Shown here one piece after another: positions 54,974-64,000 of a DNA stretch of 64,000 nucleotides (position 1 is the stretch's first letter; each line of letters begins with the position of its first letter). Source of the stretch: Octopus vulgaris. Lineage: Eukaryota. The stretch lies in contig OX597821.1 of assembly GCA_951406725.2 (NCBI GenBank), positions 33,046,001-33,110,000 of the forward strand. The letters run 5' to 3'. The translations under genes and the position numbers were made by a program. The notes beneath the pieces are model-generated. The model searched no databases and had not been told where the DNA came from. It saw only the letters and a program-made list of their open reading frames with translations.

Positions 54974-55360
54974 CATTGTGTACAGTGCTCAGGTGCACTA
55001 CAACTCATCTAAAGTGCATGTATAATACATATAGTAATGTACAAGCGTCAGGAAAAGAACAGTGCATGAGTCATGACATACACATGTGTATGAGTATGGA
55101 AGGGGGACAATCAGGTGTGGTTTCGGCGGATTTCGGAAAGCATGGGGGCCTTAAAGGATGCAGTGTCACGGCAGTCAACAACTGACGCAAGCAGTTTGTT
55201 CCATGCTTCAGCAACTCTGAGCGTGAAAAAATGTTTCCGGAAGTCATGGGAGCTGTGCTGTTTTCTGACTTTGTAGGCATGTCCACGGGTGTTAGACGGG
55301 TGGAGATCAAAAAAGGTGTTCAGTGTTGTTGCCGGTGAGGTGGTTGATAACTTTGTTATA
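54940..55360 (-). mobile_element. CR1-like LINE 3' fragment (same family as 43647-44158)
   Basis: TRGHAYKVRKQHSSHDFRKHFFTLRVAEAWNKL with the same 3' UTR and (ATT)n tail; another 3' UTR piece at about 49525-49705. Confidence 0.8.
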
Positions 55361-55470
55361 TATCCTGATCTGCAACCCTGTGACACTTTACAACATCTAA
55401 CTTGAGAAATGTAAATCGAAAGAATACAGGCGTTGAAAGAAAAAAAAAACACGTGCATTTTGACACCTAC

Positions 55471-55789
55471 CTTTGATAAGTAATCGAATTCTTTGCGAAA
55501 ATTTAAAGCTCAAGTCAGATTTCTGTTTATCTTTGGCTGCTTTGATATGTCGTATATTCTGCCATTTACTGTGTCCAGCCATTGTTTTTACAAGAAGCGT
55601 CCAACAACATTGTCGACAAGGAGCCTGATAGAATTCTAGAGAGGATTTTGGCATGCCTATAGCACGAAATAAACATCTGGGTTTGTTTGAAACTAAACTG
55701 AGTCTGGCCGATTGAGAAAACAACCGTATGTGAAAAACATGATGTTGAAAGTTCAAAATACAACGTGCGAATTTCAGCGACGGAAACAT
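55471..55789 (-). CDS. TACO1: Translational activator of cytochrome c oxidase 1 (YebC/PmpR family), exon 1
   Basis: Basic, Arg/Ser/Leu-rich N-terminal extension (mitochondrial presequence-like), then the YebC signature MAGHSKWQNIRHIKAAKD. Ends ATC AAA G|gtaggt, phase 1, 319 nt. Confidence 0.95.
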
Positions 55790-56402
55790 AATTTTAACTT
55801 TAGAAAATATTTATATTCAACCATTAAACAACAGGTAAACAGTAGTTTCTATTTATGTACAATATATGTAGAAATTTAGACATGTAATAACAGAGATTAC
55901 AACTTTCAAAGAGTTCACATTTTCTGAAATATGTCCTTGGCGTGTTGACCGGTGTTGTTTGATAATTAGAGTTATCTACCTTGCTTTACAAAACAACAGA
56001 GGTTACCGCCTCCAATCGCTTCGAACGACAAAAGTAACGATGGATCAAGGATGGAACCTATGCATGATCTCTCGACCAGCTAGAAATAACAGCCAAATTT
56101 TCGTCAAAACACAACACCTGTAGCGTTTTTAAAAACAGGAACGATACATTACACAATAATACATGTAAATAGTAAATGTGAAGCGTGCCTTTTTTTTTTT
56201 TTGTCGTTTGCCCACTCACTCGTATATTATTTATTACTCTTTTGACTGCGGTCATGCTGGAGCACCGCCTTTAGTCGAGCAAATCGTCCCCAGGACTTAA
56301 TCTTTGTAGGCCTAGTACTTATTCTATCGTACTCTTTTGCCGAACCGCTAAGTTACGGGGACTTAAACACACCAGCATCGGTTGTCAAGCGATGTTGGGG
56401 AA

Positions 56403-56480
<78 letters not shown>

Positions 56481-56483
56481 TAT

Positions 56484-56549
<66 letters not shown>

Positions 56550-56698
56550 GGTACAAGCAATTAAGATTCAAGTGAGCTCTGTTGAATTCACATGAATATG
56601 GTGCTTAACTTAGATGCACCAGAAATCTATATGGTGTTAACCATACGATAATACGGGGTGATTATACATAGGAAAAAAGCAACAAGAATGGATCAATA

Positions 56699-56787
56699 TT
56701 TCGGTACAATTGTTTCGTACGAAGACAGCTTTATTAAGGCTACAAAAATTGCAGTAAATATAAGTGACCCGTACTCATCAGCCGAAA
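56699..56787 (-). ncRNA. Minimal type I hammerhead ribozyme (left arm of fold-back element)
   Basis: Reverse complement of 57108-57196. Confidence 0.88.
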
Positions 56788-57107
56788 AAACATCTGAGAT
56801 CTCCAAACATCAAAGGGGGTGATGTTACACTCATGAAACATCATGGAAAGTTCTATAAAAATGAGATTTAGATAACAAATGGACTTCAAAAAGTTTTTTT
56901 AGTATTGCACAGTCATATATCAGGTTTAAAAAAAATTTTAAACCTCTTAGTTTTCCAGAAAATGAAGATGAAAGTGAAGATGTAAATCTATCCATATTGA
57001 AGAAAGCTTGATTCCTGGAGATATGATGAGAGGTATCAAACTCACAGAATATGTATTTATCCATATATAGTCCATAGTAAAGTGTGATTCAAGATGTGTG
57101 ATGATAT

Positions 57108-57196
57108 TTTCGGCTGATGAGTACGGGTCACTTATATTTACTGCAATTTTTGTAGCCTTAATAAAGCTGTCTTCGTACGAAACAATTGTACCGAAA
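57108..57196 (+). ncRNA. Minimal type I hammerhead ribozyme (right arm of fold-back element)
   Basis: UUUCGG-CUGAUGA-GUACG...CGUAC-GAAA-C-AAUU-GUA^-CCGAAA; perfect stems I and II. Confidence 0.9.
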
Positions 57197-57222
57197 TATT
57201 GATCCATTCTTGTTGTTTTTTT

Positions 57223-57272
<50 letters not shown>

Positions 57273-57416
57273 AAATCCACTCACAAGGCTTTGGTCGGCC
57301 TGAGGCTATAGTAGAAGAAACTTGCCCAGGGTGCCACGCAATGGGACTAAACCCGGAACCATGTGGTTGGTAAGTAGCTTGCGCCTATATATATATATAT
57401 ATATATAGCCACTGCG

Positions 57417-57526
<110 letters not shown>

Positions 57527-57789
57527 AATGAGATAGGGGTTGAAAATCCAACCCACCATGGGATAACATATATGCCTTTACTGTTATGTAATGGTGTAAT
57601 AAAGTATTGATTGGGTATCATCTGATGGTTGATGTTTGATTGATTTAAGTATGTTTCTCCATTTTCTAATTTTGTAGTATATATATATATATATATATTC
57701 TATTTTCATTCCTTCACTTCCTTCTGCATTTCATATCTTCTCTACAATAACTATTACTTAAACATTTTCTCGCACCTTCTCTAATGAAG

Positions 57790-58651
57790 GAGGGGTCTCC
57801 AGCATCAGTGTCGGCGACCACAGCTTGCAGGTGGTGAACGAGTTCACTTACCTGGGATCGACGATCTCCAGCAGCCTGTCCCTCGAGCCGGAGCTGAACA
57901 GACGGATTGGGAAGGCTGCTGTTACCATGGCTAATCTCTCCAGGAAAGTGTGGGAAAACAACATGCTCACAATAACCACCAAGATCGCAGTGTACCGAGC
58001 CTGCGTGCTGAGCACCCTACTCTACGGCAGTGAGAGCTGGACAACATACACCCGGCAGGAATGCCGCCTCAGCGGCTTCCACATGCGGTGTCTTCGACGG
58101 ATCCTTGGCATCTCCTGGAAGGACCGAGTACCAAACGGAGTCATCCTGGAACAGACTAATATGCCAAGCATGTATGCCCTCCTCGTGCGGAGACGACTGC
58201 GCTGGCTCGGACACGTCTGCCGCATGCAGGACGGTCGCATGCCTAAAGACATCCTGTACAGCGAACTCACCACGGGATCCCGACCCAAGGGACGTCCACA
58301 GCTACGATACAGGGACGTGTGCAAGCGCGACCTGAGGACTGCCAACATCTGTGTGGACACGTGGGAGGAAACAGCTGCTGACCGCTCTGCCTGGCGTCGG
58401 ACGGTGAGGAAAGGCGTTTCCATGGCTGAGGAGAGGAGAGCACAGCTGTGGTTGGACAGGCGGGACAGGAGGAGGACAACTGCAGCAACACCCCACACAT
58501 ACCCATCGATGTTCGTGTGCAGCAACTGTACCAAGGACTGCCACTCTAGAATTGGACTGTTCAGTCACAGCAGACGCTGCACATCATCAAAGTAGGCCCC
58601 ACCCTTGGCGAAACCCATTGTCTATCAAGACAGACGGGGAATAAGATAAGA

Positions 58652-58654
<3 letters not shown>
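57790..58654 (+). mobile_element. 5'-truncated RTE-clade LINE 3' end
   Basis: Uninterrupted 256-aa ORF (57825-58595) with FTYLGS, LLYGSESW, LRWLGHV.RM, GRP and C-terminal CxxC...SRIGLFSH..RC; short 3' UTR with ATAAG-type tail. Confidence 0.9.
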
Positions 58655-58703
<49 letters not shown>

Positions 58704-58988
58704 ATAAAATAGGGTAAAACTAATTAATTTGGAATAATCATTAATTTCACCAAGTAGATTTCGGCATGTAAAAGCCTCGTTCGAGGAAAGTTTAAGTAAT
58801 ACTAAGTAATTAAGGGTTTAGCAACGATTTGCCTCACCACACACCGAATTTAGAAATAGCAGTCAAAGAGTTATAGCTATTCTTTCTACTAAAGGGGAGA
58901 TCTCAGTAAAACCACAGCACTTGAAAGGCAAACACAAACAGGCAAGAGAGAAAGAAATGACAGCAATCTATCATACAATTTTAAGTCA

Positions 58989-59079
58989 CCTACGGACGTA
59001 CGTTTCGAGATTAAGTTTTAGGAAAGCATAAGAATTAGATAATTATGTCTTACCCAACTTCTTCTCTCATCAGCGTAGG
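58989..59079 (-). ncRNA. Minimal type I hammerhead ribozyme (left arm of fold-back element)
   Basis: Reverse strand reads CCUACG-CUGAUGA-GAGA...UCUC-GAAACGUACGUC^CGUAGG, with a fully Watson-Crick stem I. Confidence 0.9.
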
Positions 59080-59253
59080 ACACTACAATTATGAATAATT
59101 GTATATTAAATTTCGAGATACTAGAAGGCATCATCTCAACTCAGTATCAGAGCGAGCTAAAACCGTTACCAGTATCACTAAATTCAAAGTGTGAATGAAA
59201 GTTTGTGTCAGCAGCCCCTAAATTTAATATACAATTATTCATAATTGTAGTGT

Positions 59254-59344
59254 CCTACGCTGATGAGAGAAGAAGTTGGGTAAGACATAATTATCTAATT
59301 CTTATGCTTTCCTAAAACTTAATCTCGAAACGTACGTCTGTAGG
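59254..59344 (+). ncRNA. Minimal type I hammerhead ribozyme (right arm of fold-back element)
   Basis: CCUACG-CUGAUGA-GAGA...UCUC-GAAA-C-GUAC-GUC^-UGUAGG; palindromic loop GUAC. Confidence 0.88.
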
Positions 59345-59555
59345 TGACTTAAAATTGTATGATAGATTGCTGTCATTTCTTTCTCTCTTGCCTGTTTGTG
59401 TTTGCCTTTCAAGTGCTGTGGTTTTACTGAGGTCTCCCTTTTAGTAGAAAGAATAGCTATAACTCTTTGACTGCTATTTCTAAATTCGGTGTGTGGTGAG
59501 GCAAATCGTTGCTAAACCCTTAATATATTATATATATATATATATAGCCACTGCG

Positions 59556-59622
<67 letters not shown>

Positions 59623-59841
59623 CGAGGATATGAGAAGTAATGGTGTCAAGGAGACCGAAAGGTGTCAGGTAACGCTGAGAATGGACAGGACCATAGTTAA
59701 GTTTCAGATTCGATAATGATACGAATGAGGAGCCCAACGTGGGTCCTGTATTAGCATGCATATACATAATAATTAACAGAATGAGATAAGAAAAAATCCA
59801 AGGCTGTGAATAGTTTTCAGAACATTTATATAAAGAGAAAG

Positions 59842-59887
59842 TCTTACAGCTGTTTCCGTGATATTTTATATATCCCTTCATCAGAGA
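59842..59887 (-). ncRNA. Degenerate minimal hammerhead motif
   Basis: UCU-CUGAUGA-AGGGAUAU..AUAUCACG-GAAA-C-AGCU-GUA^-AGA; short stem I, imperfect stem II, palindromic loop AGCU. The same 3' half recurs at about 29670-29690 on the minus strand. Confidence 0.6.
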
Positions 59888-61051
59888 AGGTGCGAGAAAA
59901 TGTTTAAGTAATAGTTATTGTAGAGAAGATATGAAATGCAGAAGGAAGTGAAGGAATGAAAATAGAATTGAGATATGTAGGGATATTGTATTTGCAGTTC
60001 TATTATTTACACGTTCTCCATCCGGGAATCATTGTAAATTTATTCCTGGTCATTGGTCAAACCATCCGAGGCAGTTAGTGCATCAAGACATTTGGTATTC
60101 ATCATTACGTTTTGAATTCAAATGCTACCGAGGTCAACATCACTTTTCATCTTTGCGAGGTCAATTAAATGAGTACCATTTGAACACTGGGGGCGATGTA
60201 ATCGACTTCCCCTCTCCCCTAAAATTACTGGCCTTGTGCCAAAATTTGAAATTAGTCAAATGAAGCAAAAAAAAATTTTAAATAATTATCGAAATTCTTC
60301 ATCAAATCTATCAGATTTTTATTCCTTTGTAGTTCAACCTCAAATGAATCTTCAAAATCATCGTCATCGTTGCAAGAAACATTAGATAGATTAGCTTTTC
60401 TAAACACATTCTTTCAGAATATTTGGAATATTTTCTCGATTCAGTTCTCGAATAAAACTTTGACATCCTTTTCTTTTCTAGGCACAAGGCTCGAAATTTG
60501 GGGGGAGAGGGCCAGTCGATTAGATCGACCCCAATACACAACTGGTACTTAATTTATCGACGCCGAAGGAATGAAAGGCGAAGTTGACCTCGGCGGAATT
60601 TGAACTCAGAACATAACGGCAGACGAAATAGGCCTACGCATTTTCCCCGGCGTGCTAACGTTTCTGCCAGATCGCCGCCTTCGAATATAACCTTAATATC
60701 AGCAGATATCAATTTACTCCCGGTAGATGTAGAGTACTTTGTTTTAAAAATTCCAATATTAATTGGTTCCGGTGCTGAAACAATATTATGAGCAGCATTA
60801 AGTTCATTGTCTAAAAAGTGGTAGGTTTTTACCGCGTATTAGACAACTTTTGCAATGCAGCTTTTAAAAAGCAAAAATAGTTCAAGCATGGCAAATAAAT
60901 TATTCTATCACTGGTTAACTGTAAGTTATGATGACGATCTTCTTTAATATATCTCTGGGGTACATTTTTTTTTTCTTTTTTGTTGTTGGAGACTGCGGAA
61001 ATGAACTGACAATGTGCTCACTTTTTTAATGACATTGTCAATATTTAAATT

Positions 61052-61481
61052 AGATCTTTTCGGTTTGAACGGCAGTTTTTAACATAACTTCTAGATAACT
61101 AGAAAAATTTTAACTTCGTATACTGGTAGAATGTGTTTATAAAACATCTTTTTCTCTTGGCTTTATTGAGAAAATTCTATAGTTTGTAAGATATTTGTTG
61201 TTGTTTTTCTTCAATTTCTGCAATTTCAACCAATCAGTAACGTCTATTGAAGTAAAAGAAAAAAACATTCTGTGCCGTATGAATATGTCACTCGTTTAAA
61301 GAAACAGATTGGGTTTATTTACATTTGTGAAGAAAAAAGATACCCTTCCCCCCAACCCTAACCCTAACCCTAACCTTAAAACAGATTGAAATGCAATAGA
61401 TTGATACTAGGGTCATAATTATGGGTGACAATTTCATATGACACCGCTAGAAAAAAACTGCCGTTCAAACCGAAAAGATCG
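61052..61481. mobile_element. Same MITE family
   Basis: Both TIRs; flanking duplication atttaaatt. Confidence 0.9.
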
Positions 61482-61968
61482 ATTTAAATTTTCTTAGGTG
61501 GTAAGTTCTATGGTAGGAGCTATTTCATTGTGTTTAGTGTGCAGCAAATTACAATTATTAACCATATTCATTACTACAGAATCTACATTTCGATAATCAG
61601 CCTCAAATGTATTTTGGAACTCATCGTCATCGTTGCAAGAATCATTAGATAAATTAGCTTTGTAGTAATGAACATCACAAACAGCCAAAAAAAGTCCATG
61701 TGCTTAATATACTTGATACTTTCAATCAAAATGACACAACCGAATTTAACCATGATACATGCTTCATCAGTTACGAACGTCACCAATTTTTTTTTTAAAC
61801 TCCCGACTAAATTCTGAAGTTTTGTTTCTAAAACCTCCAGAAACCTTCACAAATTTCAGTCATTCTTAAATTCTGGAATTTACTAAATGAATGCAAATTT
61901 GTATTCAAATATTTGCGATTCTGAAACGTATATTCATCTAAAGAAATACTTGATATACCAGACTCTGT

Positions 61969-62225
61969 TCTATATTTAAGATATGAGGAATTATGTACTT
62001 CATGTACATTATTTACATTCGACGGATATTTGTCCTCATCTTGTTTGTCGTTAACACAACGTTTCAGCTGATATACCTTCCAGTCTTTATCATGTGCCTT
62101 GGGGAAATTTCGAACACAGGTTCAAAATTTCCCCAAGATACCTGATAAAGGCCAGAGGGTATGTCAGCCGAAACGGTGTGTTAACAACAAACAAGATGAG
62201 GACAAATATCCGTCAATTGTAAATA
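61969..62225. mobile_element. Fold-back element with 14-bp TSD and decayed HHR motifs
   Basis: TSD ataccagactctgt at 61955-61968 and 62226-62239; arms about 62009-62115 and 62120-62227. Arms carry (C)UGAUAA-AGRC...CAGCYGAAACG. Confidence 0.7.
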
Positions 62226-62941
62226 ATACCAGACTCTGTCTTTCATTTCATTATTTTACAAACTATATTTTTCTTTTCAAATTATATTGATGTTGTATTC
62301 AACTTCTGTGTTAAATACCTTTATTTGTAGTAGTTTTCCTAACAAAAGCTCTTAACTATTGAATTCATAGAAAATACATCAACAATAATTAATTTAGGTG
62401 CTATTTCAACTAAAGTTTGTTTCTTCATAAAGATTATTTCTATTGTGATTGTTTTTGAACGGGGCTTGTCTATTTCACTTGTACTAGTTTCTGAGTACGT
62501 GTCTTTGCAAACGATCTTTAATTGGCACAAAAGACTGCTTTTTTAATTGGGCAAGAACTTAAAGGAAATCTTGTAATTTATACTTACTTTTTAAATAATT
62601 AGGTCGGGATTTCCCGGGAAATAGAATGCAATCACAGATATTTTCCGGTGCATTTTTAGCCAAATTTCCAGGGATTTCCGAAATCCCAGAAGAAAAACTT
62701 CGGTATAAATATTATTTTTATATTCTACCAACAAGTTCGGAAGGGGTCTATTTTTATTGGCATATAGAAAATAAAACGAAAAAAAGAATCATATATATAA
62801 CTAATTCTTGTTACTAAACCTGTGACCAGTCTATTAATTTCTCACACACGTAGCTGCGTCGGGTCGGTACTGAGGAAATGCAAAGGGAACAAGAATGCTG
62901 AAAACACTTATAGTTCTTTTTATTGTTTATTGGCTTAAAGG

Positions 62942-62969
<28 letters not shown>

Positions 62970-62973
<4 letters not shown>

Positions 62974-63280
62974 AACCATATCACAAGATATATTATGATC
63001 ATCTTCGGCAGAAAATCAATTCTCCAGTTTTTCAAATTAGATGGTGCGGAATCTGTTACAGATTCTGAATCGATTTTAGGACAAGAAGTGGATTTGGGAA
63101 GAATATAATACTGAAAAGACATCAATTTTTTGCTAAGGGAGTTACCTATATTCCAGTGGCCTTCAATCCACCTGCGTAATATTTTCGGCTCAGATGTCAT
63201 TCCGATGTATGTCCTTAATTGTTTATACAGAAACAACTGAATTCGATGACGAGTTGAACCGGCCTCAGGGGCTTCAAAAG
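62970..63280 (-). CDS. PEBP-like protein B, terminal coding exon (no upstream exons found in the window)
   Basis: Acceptor cttttccttccaccag|CT in the same phase as protein A exon 4. FEAPEAGSTRHRIQLFLYKQ...KKLMSFQYYIL...C...LKNWRIDFLPKMIIIYLVIWL* aligns with protein A exon 4 throughout. Confidence 0.8.
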
Positions 63281-64000
63281 CTGGTGGAAGGAAAAGAGAA
63301 AAATTATTTGTAGAAAGCAAATTTGTAGAAAACAAACACACATACGATGGGATCATGGCTTTGGGTAAAAAAAAATACAGCAGGAGGATCATTTAGTTAT
63401 GATTTTATTCAACATATCCCCTTCTCAGATTCACACACTTATTGCAGCAGTCCTTCAGTTTTACTAAGCCCTGTAAAAGAACTCGGAAGGTTGGACCTCC
63501 AACCAAGCCTTTCGCGACACCCTTAAAGGAACTTTTCAAGAACACCTCGTACGTATGTGTATATATGTGCAGGTATGTGTCCACGCTTATGCATATGTAT
63601 GTGTAGGTATGTAGGTAGGTATGGAGGGAGGGGAGGGAGGTGTACTTTCATTACTACTGGTAACATGCAACTCAGTACACCCTATCCCATGATCGAGGTG
63701 TCGGCGACTAAACCGGCAGCCTTACAAAGCCTGCTTTGTAAGGTGGGATGGGATTTCGTAGGTCAAGTAAAAGAATAACCAGTCGAATAACAGATGAACT
63801 CAATAGAGCCAGCCACCATCCAACAGTTGGGAGTGAGAGACCGCTAGTCTTTGTCTATACATCTCTCGATAAGAAGGAAATTCCGAAATAACACCCGCCT
63901 CGCTGCGAAGCCAGAGATCCTGCTTTTGCCTGTTTCTAGACTACATGGTTTTGTAGGTGAGAGTCTTAGCTCTGTAGGGCAAGTTGCTAATGATTTAAAA

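Larger units (their letters stand above)
56550..57226. mobile_element. Non-autonomous PLE-like fold-back element inserted in the (TA)n tract of a SINE
   Basis: About 120-bp inverted arms (about 56668-56788 and 57107-57226), each carrying an HHR; (TA)n on both sides. Confidence 0.7.
58700..59524. mobile_element. Non-autonomous PLE-like fold-back element in (TA)n
   Basis: About 305-bp near-perfect inverted arms (about 58809-59113 and 59220-59524), each carrying an HHR. Confidence 0.75.
60260..62700 (-). mobile_element. Decayed hAT-like transposase relic with nested SINE, MITE and fold-back insertions
   Basis: Minus-strand pieces SISLDEYT...YLNTNLH, LVTFVTDEACIMVKFG, AHGL..AVCDV, VIKKV...FR, LFAMLE; gggatttcc/ccgggaaa subterminal-like repeats at about 62605-62690. 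Confidence 0.6.

Noticed and set aside
63146-63280. GIY-YIG-like YIGMT...R...H motif, or a 135-nt internal exon
   Set aside because: The full ORF to 62970 aligns with the PEBP-like terminal exon at 12285-12586.

Overview
Eukaryotic, AT-rich, repeat-dense genomic DNA. The SINE families and microsatellite load look like an octopus (coleoid cephalopod) genome; this is an inference. Three minus-strand genes were assembled by hand from GT-AG sites and reading phase: (1) a complete 4-exon secreted PEBP-family (PEBP4-like) gene, 23676->12285, 225 aa, with a hydrophobic C-terminal tail; (2) a complete 5-exon TACO1 (YebC family) gene, 55789->28415, 312 aa; (3) the last exon of a second PEBP-like paralog, 63280->62970. 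The rest is microsatellites, tRNA-derived SINEs, RTE/CR1 LINE fragments, Tc1/mariner and hAT relics, non-autonomous Helitrons, piggyBac-type MITEs and an abundant MITE with internal telomeric repeats. The most striking signal is a set of minimal type I hammerhead ribozyme (HHR) motifs with palindromic stem III loops (AAUU, GUAC, CAUG, AGCU). They sit on several small elements, mostly in (TA)n tracts and often arranged as fold-back inverted repeats. One has amplified into a near-identical 533-bp tandem and inverted array (retrozyme-like) in TACO1 intron 3, next to a Penelope-like element whose 3' end is homologous to the repeat unit. One fold-back element carries a candidate G3:C8 core-swapped HHR. 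Folds and alignments were done by eye; nothing was computed or searched.
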